This document shows, one piece after another, positions 1 through 14,300 of a stretch of DNA of 50,340 nt. A model generated the notes under the pieces. The model was not told the origin of the DNA and searched no databases. It saw nothing but the letters and a program-made list of their open reading frames with translations. This DNA comes from an uncultured virus (IMG/VR IMGVR_UViG_2061766007_000135) (Duplodnaviria > Heunggongvirae > Uroviricota > Caudoviricetes). Where the stretch lies: IMG/VR virus record IMGVR_UViG_2061766007_000135; one strand, 5' to 3'. Both the position numbers and the translations under genes were made by a program. Each line of letters starts with the position of its first letter. Position 1 is the stretch's first letter.

Positions 1-3000
1 TGTATAAGTAGATGATAAAGCTGCAGGAGTAATTGTAACTATACTACTATTTTGAATACGACCAACTGGTTCACCAATTTCAGTAATACGAATATAAGCA
101 GCATAATCGCTCATATCTTGCCAAACCCATTGACCATTCTATTTAACTTTCACTTTAGGATTCCATAAATAGCGATCAGTTTCTTCTACAGGGTAAGTTT
201 TATCTGGCAATGTCGCTTCAACAGTATTATCTGGTCTACATTCAGGATCCCAATAATTAGATAAAGTTATCTAATAACCATTCCATAACGCAGTCTAAGC
301 ACTTAAATAACCATAGGACTAAGTATAGCGCTTACTAGTTACGGCACTTACGCCCCCACTTTTCCTATATACACTATGAGCAGTAGGAACATTAAAATAA
401 TGATTATGCACAAATGTTTCTACATTTCGCATACTCAATGGTCCGTCTAAACTCCAATCATTTGGATCATCGGGATTAATTACAATAGCAGTTAAATTAT
501 CTATATTATAAATTTCATTATGTAAATCTTCTAAAGTAACTTCTTCTCCTTGTAAAGAACGTTCATACCAAGTAGCGATCTATCTATCCAAATATTCTGC
601 GGTATTACGTGCCGCAGTACCAAATGTATAATAATGATATACATCTTCTGAATATAAACTCTAATCAAAATATTGTGAAATACGGGCAAAAACACTTTCA
701 GGACTTGTAGGTGTCCAATCTTCAAACTCAAAAGTAGGAACAGTCTATGCATTCAAATAACCTTCTACATATGCCGCGATAACATTGGTTAAATCTAAAT
801 GCACCTATTGCGTATCTGGATCAGTTACTAATAAAGATTCTAAAACTTCACCAGGCGATTCTTCATCTGTAATAGACCAAGTTTCATTTGCTTCATCAAT
901 AATTACATAAGAAGAAAGAGTCTAATCATTTTCATCATAACTTAAATCATCACGCAAAAAAGTCTTAATCTAATTGACACTATCTTCATAAGAAATTTCG
1001 CCCTAACGATAAGCAGAATATAATTCATGCATATAACGATAACGCACTTTTGCACGTTCTGCTTTAACATAAGCTGCATATGTATTACCAGCACCTAATA
1101 ATTCAATAATAGCCGCATCAATTTCACTAGTTTCTTTAGTAGATGCCATACCTAAATACATATAACGACTTAAAGAAGGAACATTTTCATTAATATGTTC
1201 TTGATATAAACCTTGATTATTAATATACCAATTACCAATACGACCATACTTAGTAGCAATGCCGCCAGTAATTAATGTGCCTTGATTTGGATCAACAATA
1301 AAATAGTTATTTATTGGATCTTTTAAGAATTGATCCGCCCAAGTCATTTTATACTATTCTTCTTTTGGCAACATTAATTGAGTAGCACTAAGAGGAACTT
1401 TACAATATAGGAAATACTAAGAAATACCTGCTTCAGAAGTATCATACCAATTAGTTGTCTTATCTAAATATGTAACCGTATTAGGATTTAAATTTAAATA
1501 ACACGTTTTAGTTGAATTACTTAAAAGTGCATTACGACCATCGAATTGAATACGACCCTTACCTGCGGGACCAATAAAACCAGTACCATCTTCAGTAAAT
1601 CCAAAAGACATTGTTCCATTGTGGAAACCATAAATACCAGCTTGATCCATTGAAGAATCAGCTTTAACCGCCCAATTACCTAACATAACGCCAGTAAATT
1701 GATTACGACTATTTTTAGTGCCTGCGGCAATCATAGTGCTTAAAATTGCACCATTGGTTTCATCTAATGTTAAACTTACTCCATTCCAATCATTTACTAA
1801 AGATGAAGTATAAATATATCGCTAAAATGCAATAGCCTAACATACGTGTGTATGCGCCTAATCATTTAATTCAAAATGTAAATATGTGAAATATGGTTCA
1901 GTATTTAATTCATCTTTCCATTGCCAATAAGTATTATAATCATTGGTGTCGCCTTCTGCTTTATCGCCATAGCGAAGATAAAACTCATTAACTGGCGGAG
2001 GAGACTCTGTTGTGCCATCAGAAAAAGTAGTTGCTGTATTAACTTTATAATAAAATAATAAACCGGTACCAAGATCTTCCGCAAATTTAGCGGCTTTAGT
2101 TGAATCTCCAATATATAAAGGGTCATTATAATTAACTGCTATCCAACGATCTTCTCTTGGATCATATAACTAATAATTTAACTACTCATCTAAAGTATCG
2201 TTTTTTCCAACAGCATATCGTGTAGATTCATATTTAGGCTCGCTATATAAATGCACAACTTTTGTTAAAGCCTAAGCAGTTTCTAAATGCCATTGTGGAT
2301 AAAGAACTGTTTCTCCTAAATCTTGTTGGAAATTAGACAAATAATTATCTATAATAGAATTAGCGGTGCAATAAGTATTAATAACTTGCCAAACTTCCTC
2401 AGATAAATTATTCTATAAATAAGTATAATCATTACCTGGAGTATTAAAACGCGCTTTAGTTTTTAAAACCTATACAGCCTTACGTAATGCAGATTCTTCT
2501 TCATTTGTTAATATTTTGCGGCTCTTAATAACTTCAAATTTCCCACTTGGATAATGAGGAGCTTGACCGCTAGCATCAAATTCAATACGTGATACAGCAG
2601 TAATATTATATTTACTTAACCAGTCATTATTATTAGTAGTTAAAAAACCTCTAGTAGCCTAAATGTCATAATCAATAGATAAACCACCATTTTCTTCACC
2701 GATGCCACGAACTACACAATTAGTTACAAAAGGAACGGGCTCATTATTTAAAGCTTCATAGCGGCCTGTATAATAACTATTATCTTCACGATGATCTTCA
2801 TAGCTATAAGCATACATACTACCTATCGGCACGCCAACTTGACCAGAACCAGCATTTCCCAAAAATGACCAAGCACAAGAATAACCACTATTATAATAAT
2901 GCCCGAATTTATCAATTATACGACAGCGCAAAATATATTCTTGACCTACAGAAATAAAATCTTGACCAGTAGGTTCAACTAATTCAATTATTGGCGTATA

Positions 3001-5238
3001 TGGACACCCTTGAGCAAGAGCTCTACCAAAGAGCAACTCCTTCTTTGCAGTAAATTCTTGTCCATTACGCTTAACTGTAGCTATTAATGTATTATGATTT
3101 GCATTGATGTCATACACAGGAGAAATGCAAAATTCTCGTGTCGTTAAATAATCAACATCAGCTTTAGTAGGATATGCTCCTTCTTGTGCCTCATTAATAA
3201 ATGACTGTAAACCAGCAAATGATACTGGTTCAGCTGAACGATAATTCCAATACGGCAAACTAGCTAAAGTAGCTTTAGATACTGGCTAAAATGATTCAAT
3301 CATGGTTGGTTTTTGTAATGACGCCCATTCAACAGTGAATGGAACATATTGCGCAATCGGAGTCTAATTCGCATCATCCAAATGCCCCAAATCATAACAA
3401 AAATCTGCTAAACGCACATAACCATCAATAGTTAATGGTTTAGCTTCTGGCGCCGCATCTTTAAAAACGTCTTCTCTGATCCATAATTCCGCAAACCATT
3501 TAATATCAGAATATTTTACTTGATCAGGGAAAAGATACTCAATCTCTTGATAAGTATAAGTGCGCTTATCATCAGAAACCAATACGCGATTATTCTCATC
3601 ATAAACAAAGAAATTAGCGAAATCATCAGAAGCATAAAGCGTGCTATGAGTGCCTGCCGCATCTGTTAAAATAGTCGCTAAACGAATAATTAATTTATCA
3701 TTACGAGCCAAGTCCTAAGGATCAGTTTCTACATCTTTACGATTGGTAAATTCTAAAACATCACTTAAAATATAACCGTGTTGATGCTCAACTGCGGCAC
3801 GTAATTTATATGCACTTTTACCAATGTCTGGTAAAAATTCATAATGACTTTTATCATAAATAGCTTCATTAATAGATTGAATCGTAGTAGGTGTTGAATT
3901 ACTACCTGCTTCGCCACTCATAGGTGCCCAGAATAATCCCGCATATTTATGTTCTGGTTTGCTACCATCAAATGCCGCGTTTGAAGAATCAAACACCCAA
4001 GTTGGATCGTGATGATACCAGAAAATTTTTAAACCAGCATTGTCAAATTCTTCCTATGAATCATATAAGGTATATTGTTCAGTCTATTCATCATAATGAA
4101 TATAAGCTAAATAAGTTGTTTTATAATCTAAATTGATACGATCAACAAAAGAATCAGGATTTTCACCATAAACTTTGCCATCATAAGTATAAATAAATAA
4201 CTATTCTTTACCTAATGAACTAGCATCAAATCCCAAATATACACCAACATTATTAATAATAATATTTGGTGATTGTAAAATCGTACCATTATATTGCCAT
4301 TTTATATATTGATGATATTGATCAAAAAATAAAAAATCCTAAACAAAATAAACTTCAACTTTATTAATACGCATATATTCTGAAACATCAAAAATCATTT
4401 GCTGTTCAATAGGAACAATGTAGGCATAAGGATTACCATACATATTACTGCTCCAAAAATATGCGTCTCGTTCTTTTTCTGTCAACTCAGATTTTAATAA
4501 CCCTGTAACGTGTATGCGCAAACCATAACGTCCAGAAATAGGTTTATAAATATCAAGCAAACTAGTTAAATTAACTTTGACTCCTAATTGATCTCCTAGT
4601 GTAGGACCAGGAGTATCAGAAGTATTTGACCAATCCCATAAAAGAACTTCATTATGCGCCTATGCACTAACTGCTGTATCTTGTGTCATTGCACTAGTAT
4701 CAACAATTTCTGCATTACTTGCTTCTCCCAAGGCTAAAAATTTATCTTGCAAATAATTATAATCAGTACTTTCATCCTAATTTAATACCATATTACAATT
4801 AGCCAAGAAACCTTTGGCCTCTTGATGCTCAGGACTAATTAATTCTTTAATAGCTACAAAATTATCAAAAGGAAATTTATAATTATATAAAATTCCAGTA
4901 CCCTCTAAATCAATAGCACGGCCTTGAATAAATTTTTGTAAAGAAGTGTCTCCCATAGGAATAGTAACATATACAACATCATTTACAGCATAATGCGTAT
5001 TAGTGTTAGAATATGCTGTGTATTTAGCCACTTCAGACTTTACAATATATTCACCATTTTCCCAATTAGTATCGTCAACAATTACACATTTTTTAGTAAT
5101 GTCGGCGGGGATTTTTTGAATTTCTGATTTGGCGGCAATAGTAGCTGCTTGATATAAAGTATCTTGTAAATCAAGCATATTTTGCTAATAACGATTTTTA
5201 GATTTTTCATAAATAGATGCCATAACATTATCGGCCAA
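1..5238 (-). CDS. Large tail-tip/baseplate (host-specificity) protein, >1740 aa, runs off the window edge; needs TAG=Gln
   Basis: TTG start after AAGGAG RBS. Track fragments 4777-5178, 4339-4560, 3715-3996, 3364-3711, 2659-3258, 1417-1734 and 1003-1347 share one frame and each ends at TAG. Tail-protein-like motifs (FTGVMLG, GIYGFHNG..SFGF..DGTGFIG, GRIGNWYI); follows the tape measure gene. Confidence 0.75.
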
Positions 5239-5252
5239 ATCAATTCAACTCC

Positions 5253-5291
5253 TTTTTCTCTAATTCTATCAAAATTTCAAAGTTCGGTCAA
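5253..5291 (-). promoter_or_regulatory. Putative sigmaA-type promoter for the tail-tip gene
   Basis: Minus strand TTGACC-17 nt-TAGAAT upstream of the RBS. Confidence 0.45.
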
Positions 5292-5320
5292 ATTTATTAT
5301 AAGTAATTGCCCAATATAAA

Positions 5321-5350
5321 TAAATAGGGCGGAAAAATCCGCCCTATTTA
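5321..5350 (-). terminator. Intrinsic terminator after the tape measure gene
   Basis: Perfect 13-bp inverted repeat TAAATAGGGCGGA/TCCGCCCTATTTA adjacent to the TGA stop. Confidence 0.75.
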
Positions 5351-8300
5351 TCATCGTATGAATGTTGTTGAATTCTATGCTGCTCTCGCGGCTAAGCCTT
5401 CAAGAGCTTCACGAATTTCATTATGATCAACAGCATTTGGGAACTCCGCATAAATATTAGTATAATTAGACATATTATTAATAGCAGAAGATGAATTACC
5501 ACCCGCTAAACTACGAGCAGAAACATTGCCGCTAACCATACTATTAGCCGCAGCTGCTAATGTACTCAATAAAGTAGACACTTTTTCTTTATTTAATACT
5601 GCTGCCATTGCTCTAGTCTAATCTGGATTTAATACATATTCTGGCTTATCTGGAGATCCATCGACCCAAGCAGGACCAGTATAATTTACTAATCCACCTT
5701 CAGCATAAGAAGAACTACGATCCCAATATTGGAAAATAATTTCTGCTTCGCCGCCTTTATTAGCAGTTAATGTTGTGCCGCTAATTGTATAATATGCTGT
5801 TGATGTTTTCGCATAACCACCTTTAGCAAAACCATTCATTGGATTATGATTTAATGAAGCTTTTCCGCCCTTTTTTACATAATTAGGAGAAATTGTTGGA
5901 CTACCACCAGTCCATTCACCTTTATGTTTACCAGTTGTACAATAAGCAACAGCATGTAAGGTCAAATATTCATTCTATGTTGCAGCTGTACCTGTACCTG
6001 TTCCAGTACTTCCGCCAGTTCGGCCACCATTACCAGTGCCACCATTACCAGTACCACCATTACCAGTACCGCTACTAGAAGTAGGATGTGTTGTTGGTGA
6101 AGAGCTTAATGTATTAGAAGGCGCGGATGGAGTTGGCATTGTAGGTGTAGTTGCCGCGGTCTATTGTGCTTGAATAGTAGCTAAAATTGCCGCGCTAATC
6201 TATTCATAAGCAGATACAATTTGCATCAAAGCGGCATAATTAGAACTCCATAATTGTGTCTATGTACGAATATTTGCTAAACTATCGCCAATAGTTTTAT
6301 TTAAATCAGAAACCGCACTCTTAGTTAAACCAGCTTGTTGACTAAAGTTTTGCATTTCTTTTTCCATATCTGTATAATTAGCTTTAATTGTATCAGTAAC
6401 TGCTTGAGTCTATTGTGACATTATTTCTGTTGCTTGCGTATAACGAGTAATATAATTGTTTTCAACTGTTGTTAAGAAAGTATTAGTAGAATTTGTAATA
6501 TGATCCATTAACTTAGTAATCTAATCATTAGTTTCACCAGTATTTTTTTGGATATTCAAACCAAATTCTCGCACCCAAACTTCTTGATTAGTTAACATAT
6601 TCTGCTACACAATACCCATTTGATCTGCTGTTGCTTGAATAATTGGTGCATAATGATCCATAATTTCTTCATAGCGACGTTGACGCTCTTCGGCAGAAAG
6701 ATTCTCATCACGCATTAATTCATCTAACGCATCAGCTAATTCGCCTTCATATTTTAATAATGCATTGCCCAAACGCTTATATTCTTCTTCAGTCTTTTGA
6801 TTCATTTGATATAATACATCATTATAAGCCTATTGTGCTTCCATTACTTTATCTTGATCTGCGGTATACTGATAAATCATATTGCCACTAGCATCACGAG
6901 TTAATCTTACAGTCTTCTTCGCATTTTGTGCATTTTCAAGAGCCTAACGCTTAAGAATTAATTCATAAGATAATTCCATCATTTCTAAATCATATCTGGT
7001 CAACTATGATGACTTAGATTTTAAATTAATCTCTTCTTTTAACGCAGCAAGCTCCATAGCATTTTGCTTATCGCGCACTTGCATTAAAGCATTTTCAATC
7101 TTAGCATTTAATTTATTAATTTCATATAATTCAGTAACTGTATCCACATAAATTTCTGATTCTTCATTCCACCAATTCCATTTACGTGAAATCCAATCCA
7201 TATCTTCGCCTGTATCGCTAACAGCACGCTTATTAGCTTTAGTAATATCATCAATAGTAGCAAGCCAAGCATTTTTAATAGAATTTAAAGTTTCAATAGC
7301 TGCGGATTGGACGTCTTCCGTGGTCTTGCGGATTTCAGCTTCAAGATCCTCTAATTGCTGCTCAGCATATGTATCATCAGGATGTAATGTTAAAGTTTTT
7401 TCTAATTCTGCGCGTTCCGCATTTAAAGTCTCCAAATGCTATTGTAAATTCTCCATATAAGTCATATTGGTAATTACTTGCGTAGAATAAATCTTTGCAA
7501 TTTTATCATAAGCTTCGCCATTGCCAGTTAAGTTCAAAATTTCTAAATAATTATTAAGAACTTGAGTTTCGTGAGTCATAACACCATTCAATTTGTCTAA
7601 TTCTTCACGCGCCTTAGTTAAAGTATCACCATACCAATGTTTCATTTTCTCATCTAAGTCAGCAATACTGCTAAGATTTTCCAAGATTTTGTCATTCATT
7701 TCTTCTAATCCAGAAACATAATCTGCCTAATTAATTTCGCCACTTGCGAACTTAGCATTTAATTCATCTACTGCAGCTCCACAAGCTTCCAGATTATCTT
7801 TATATTCAAGCATTTGCTTTTGCATAGTTTCATAAGATTCATCAGCAGTATCAAGATATTTTTCATATTTCTTTAAATAATAATCTAAAAGTTTTAATTC
7901 GCGTTCATTTAAATCTACTCTTAATTCTACTTTATATTTAATAATTTCTAAATTCTATTGTGAAATTTTATTCTCATCTTCAAGAATATTATTAATCTAT
8001 TCGCGATATTTATCTAAAGAATCTTCATAATCATCTAAATATTTTTTGCGTTTTTCCCAATCTTTTTCAAAAGCTTTCCAAGAATCGTCATCCATTGGAG
8101 TTGCTGCTTTAGCATTATATTCATTCAATAAATCCATTTGTAATTGTGTCCAGTTAGAAATATTACCATTTTCATCAAATTGTGCATTACCAAATGCACT
8201 TAAAATATTAGCTTTATCCTGTTGTAAATAAGCATTCGCTTCATTTAAATATTCTTGATGCTATTCTTTTTGCTTCTTTAATAAATCGATTTCTGCTTCT

Positions 8301-11300
8301 AATTGTTTTAAATGATTGGCACCATAAGTACGAGTCTTTAATTTATCTACTTTTTCTAACTCTTTAGCCAAATCTTCTAAAGCTTTAGTTACTTCATGAT
8401 AACGTTCTGGGGCATCTTCTTTTTGGTCGTGGGTTTTGGCTTCATTGCCACCGCCTCCGCCACCACCCTTTTTACCTCCGCCACCACCGGATTTAGGATG
8501 TGATTTTACACCAGATGCGCCACCACCAGTTTTTTTAGCAGACTTAATTTTTGGTAAATAGTATTGTGTCTTTTCTTTTAATTCTGTATCAGCAGCAACT
8601 TCATAATAATTACCTTCTGAATCTCTAGCATACACTTTACCAGAAGCATGTTGTGCTTCATTCCAAGAAATAGGTTCGTATTCAATTTCTGGTTCCCAAC
8701 CAATCGCTGCTAATGCTTCGTTCATTTGATCAACAGTCATATCTCCAGCTTCTAATAATTCATTTAAGCCTTCAATAGCTGGAGTATTATCTAATGTAGC
8801 TTCAAAACCAATTGGCATATCTGCCCATTCGTCACCAAAATTATTTAATAATTCACCAATAGTATCAAGCTAATTAATCAATCCATCTTGATTAACATCA
8901 ATATTAATTTGTTTATCATAATCTAATCCATCTAATGCAAATTGTGCACGCAAAACAGCTTCTTCGACTTCTTCTGCCGCCCCTTCTACGCCATCTGCCA
9001 TTTTCTAAATTAAATCTTTGTTAGATTCAATAAAATCTTTAGTAATCGCTTTATTATTACCAAATATATTTTTTAAATCTTTTTGCAAAGTTGTTAATGC
9101 TTTTGAATATTCTTTTGTCCCTTGCACATTATCTCTCATTGCTTTTAAATTATTAGTTGCATTTTTATTAAAACTTTCAAAACCTTGGTTAGCTAATTCT
9201 GCTAAACGAGCACATTCAGCCCATTCTTTTTGTTCTTTTTCACTTAATTCATTAAATGAACGAGTTTCGCCATTAACTGCCATTAAAGTTTCGATATAAT
9301 CTTTAAATGCATCATTGGCTAATCCAACACTGTCACCTAACTACTTAATATATGTTTGCTATTCTTCTATATCTGCAGCTTTAGCATTATTTACTGTATC
9401 ACTAGTTTCAATCGCAGGAGTATCTGATGAAATTGGAACTTGTTGTTGCATTACTAAAGCATCACGAACCGCTTCTGCACCCTCAATAGCCATTTGATTA
9501 ATTTGATCTTGTAATTCTGGATTTGCATAACTAGTATAATCCTAATTGTGTTTTAAATAATCATTATAAACCTATTCGCCCTATAATTTTTGTTCATCTG
9601 TTAATAGACCCTACTCTGCTAATTGACCATAAGTAGACTATTTTGTTAATTCAATCTAACCATCTGGTCCAATACTAAATGCATCTGCTTGACCAGTTTG
9701 TAACATATACATAGCTTGGCCTAATTGCTATGCCATAGTCATCATTGCACTAGCTAATGCTGTTGCGGCTAAATTTAAAGTTTCTAATGATACAGCGCTT
9801 AAATCTGCTGCACCAGTCAGCTCTAATAATTTAGCTTGTTCCGCAGGAGATAAAGCTTCACTTAACTCTTTATTATTTAATAATGCTTCACGTGATTTAT
9901 TAATTAAATCTTGATCAGATTGCTTTCTACTTAGCCATTCTTCGCCTTCGGATTCAGCATTATACATACGCTATGCATTCCAATCATTCTCTGTAGCAAT
10001 AGCAGTACCATATAAATTTGCAAAATCTTGTTCTGTTAACTAATAAGCAGAAATAATTGCATCTCTAATACCTTGTATTAAAACATTTTGATCTTCTGAT
10101 GTTAAACTATAATTGCCATTTTCATCTTTCTATAAAACTTTATGATCTGCAAATGCACCTAACGCATAAGTTAAATCTTTTAATTGAGATTCTTCAGGTT
10201 CAGTTCGTGAAGATTTACCCTATAACTCATTATAACGAGCAACAGCTTGTGCCCAAGACATTCCCAAAGAATCGTCTTTAGTATGCCAAAAATCATCAAA
10301 AGTAGTCACACTATTAGCATAATTACGCACATTATTTTGATAATCTACAAATGATGTATCCTAAACTGATCCATTATTCCAATTTAAGAATCTCTATTTA
10401 CCCGCCTAAGAATATTCAGACATCGTAAATGGAGATGCTTTTAAACGATTCATATCTGCTTTAGGATTATTAAGATATTCTCTAATTTCAGCCAATTCCA
10501 TTCCTTGTTTGAGCAACTATTGAATAATTGCTGTCTAACCAGAAATGTCACCTAACATCGTCTTAGAAATTGCGTCACCAGCTAATAAACCTTTACGAGC
10601 CTCTGCAATAGCTTTAAAAGTAGAAACCCATAAATCATAAGTTTGTTGTGCTGTTTCTTCTTCATAAGACATTTGCTCAGTTGCAACTGAACCCAAAGTA
10701 TCTATCACACTTTGCCAATCAGCTTCAATTTTAATTACGATAGATTTACCTTGCTTTTCAATATATTTATTAACTTCATCAAACCATTCTTGAGTGCCGC
10801 GAGTTAAGTTTTTATCTGCAGCATACTACATTGCTTGATCTAAAACAATTTTGCGAGTTTCGGAAATTTGATCGTCATCCCAGAAACCGCCATTAAGATA
10901 ATCATCAATCCACTGCTATGATAAATCTTTTAAAGTTTCTTGATAAACTTTTTTATATGCCGCATTAGCTCGAATCATATCGCGCTCAGTATAATAAGTT
11001 TCATCTGATTCATCCGCTAATGCGAAAACATTACCTTGTGGTGTTACTTTACGATTTCTTGCTGCTGCCGCATCTAAAGAACGCTGTCGTGCGCGATTAC
11101 CAGCCTATTCTGCTAATGTTTTCCAAGAATTTTCTGAATCACCTTGAATTACAGCCAATTCACTATTTAGAGCATTTAGAATATCAGTACCAATACCTTC
11201 AAGACTTTCGCCCCAATTAATACTAGCTGCAGCCTCTCCCATACCTGTTCGCAAACCTTCAATAATCATTTGACCAACATATTCAGTTAATTTAGATGGA

Positions 11301-14300
11301 GAATGAATTTCGAATATGCCGCATAAAGTTGCTAAAACACTATCGCCTAAACCTAATGCTAATAATCCTGCATCAATCTGTCCTGCTTCTAAGCCAACGC
11401 CAGAAACAATACCTTGAATAATCATTCGCCCAATTTCTTCAAAACCAGATTCTTTAATCTTATCTTTAGCATCTTCTGCCGTTAAATCAATTCCATCGAA
11501 TAAAGCTTCAAATAAATTATCAAGTTCATTTGACCATGCCAAATCTTTTGGATTGTCTATTGCAGTTTCAAATATACCGGCAATTACATTACCAAATTCA
11601 ATTATACCAGCTTTAGTTGCTACATTTTCTAAATTAGCTAAATATTCAGTAGGATCTTCACTATTAAATGCATCCCAGAAATTCTTTGCCATAGTTTGAA
11701 TAGCATTTACAGAGTCCGTTCGAGTCTGTTCGCTATCAAAACGATCCTTATTCCTATCAGCAAATATATGCTAAAAACCGTATAAAATACTTAAAGCGCT
11801 ATCTGATGTATTATCTAATCCGCCACGAGAGGATATTTTATCTAATTTTGATAATTGATCTTCCCAAGCTTCAATTTGCTCTTGTACTTTTGTAAATGAT
11901 AATACAATAGGATGAGTACTAGCATATGTCTAAGCTTCAGCTAACACTTCTTCTACTGTATTAACTCCATTATCTTGTGCAAATTCATAAAAAACTTTTA
12001 AAATATTATTTGGATCAGTCGGATCCCATTCCTATCCTGGCTTATCAGTTTGTTCATCAGTTTGTTCTTTATGTTTATATTCCCAATATGCGTATAATGC
12101 ACCGACTAATATATTAAATTCCTCTGGTTTTGGTAATTGATCTTTCGAATTACCTTCTTCATCAATATCTTCACCATGCGCATAATACCATTTTGCATAT
12201 GAAACTGTTAAATCCTCATTCTTCGGCGTATCTTCATTAATAGAATTAAAAAATGATAAAACATTCGCTCCACCATGTTTATAGAACCAATAAGCAACTT
12301 GTGGAGTAAAATCAGTAGGTTTAGGTGTTATACTGCCCTGTTCTGTATATTGATACAACCAATTAACATATGGGTCACCTAAAGCGTTTTCCAAATCAAC
12401 TTTTTGAGGTAATTCTTCAGCACTGCCTAACCCCAAGAAAGATAATAATCCCTTATCTTTATGAGTGTATTTCCAAACTGCTTCAAATACATTTTTAAAT
12501 TCTTCTGGTGGAGTTGAACCTGTTTTAGCTTCCTAATATTTCCAATAAGCTGCCCAAGCTTCGCCATTATCAGTTTCTAAATCTTCCAATTTTGGTGTGT
12601 CTTCAGTAGTTGTTTGATTATGTACATATCGCCATATAGCTTCCCAGTAAGTTTTACCTTCATCATATAAATCTGATTCTTTAGGAGTGTCTCGATTAGT
12701 CTTATTTTTTTCAGCGTATTGCCAAAAAGCCTCCTTAGTTTCAAAGTCCCAACTACCATCAGGAGTTACTTCTGAAGTTGTCCCAGTTTGATGTGCATAA
12801 TACCAATGAGCTAAAAAATCACCCCACCCATTAGCAATTTGTTGTGGATCTTTCGCATCAGCTGGTAATTCCCCATTGATACCGGTTAATTGGCTATAAT
12901 ACCACTTCGCAAATACAGTCGCAATAGTTTTTTGATCTTCTGGAGGAATATCGATACCTGACTCCTAAACTTTATGCAAAGCCCATTCGACAAAAACATC
13001 GGCAGATTCAGTTGGTGTATCTTTATCTAACCCTATTGTTGCAGGAGTTTGACTAGCTGAAGTTTGCTGCGCTTGCCATTCAACAATAGCATCAGCTGTA
13101 TCAGTCGCAGTAGGTTTATTTAATCCAACATCTTCTGGAGTCTTACTGTCAGAAGATGGCTGTGCTTGCCAAGTAGTAGAATACATTTCTGCAACTGGAC
13201 TATCCTACATTTCACCATTAACTTGATAGCCATCAATTACAATAGTGGTATGCGAAGTATCATAAGCACTTAATTCTTCATAATAACTTTGTAAACTAGC
13301 TAATTGCGCATTAGCTTGCGCAAATCCAGCTTCTTGAATACGATCTTTTTGATCAGTTTCTGGATTAGTTAATTTTTTAATTAATGCCGCAGCTTCTTCA
13401 GCTGTATATCCAACTTCCATTAAATTAGTCTATAATTCAATTAATTCTTCATTGCTCATCTCAGCCCACGCTGTTGATGAAGTAATAAAATTCTCTAAAC
13501 TACTATTAACTAAATCCGCAGCAGAACGAATTTTTTCCCAATTCTCTTGGACTTCTTGTGCAACACTTTCAATTGTGGTTTTAAAACCTTCATAATAATT
13601 TTTAATAAAATCACTACGATCTTGTTGTGTTATTGCCGCCGCTATATCATCATTCAAAGATTTATACTGCGCGATTAATTTATCATATTCAGCAACACCA
13701 TGTTCAAAGATCATACGTTCCCAATCAGCACTATCTAAAGTTTGATATAAATCAGCAATATTAGGAATAACAGTCTCTAAAGCAGCTAATTGTTCAGTAT
13801 TTAATTTACCAGAACTGCCTAATGCAGAATTAAAAGCTTCAACTGCTTTTGTTGCTTCTTGAATTTTAGTAGTAATATTAGTATAATATTCTGCAGCTTC
13901 GGCATCTCGAGCTAACTAAGCAGCTTCAGTAGCACTATTTAATGCTACACCAGATAATTCGTTGTATTCATTAAATACATCCATTGTTTGCTATGCTTTT
14001 TGCTATGCTGCATCTAATTGGTCATTCAAACCTTCGATTGCCTTTTGGACTGCGTCCTAACTATCATATGTTTTTCCATTAGGCCCTTTATATGCTCTTC
14101 GCTTTGTTTCATCACCAATAAGTTCATTTAATGCATCAATCTAATCTTGAATATTTTGAACCTATTCTGCTTCATCAGTCATACGCTCAGACAATAAATC
14201 AAAAATAGCTTGTCCATCTTCTAAATTAGCAAGTTCATTTGGACTTAATACTTGCGCGACTAAGGCATTATGGGGTAAATTATCAATCCAATCTTGTACA

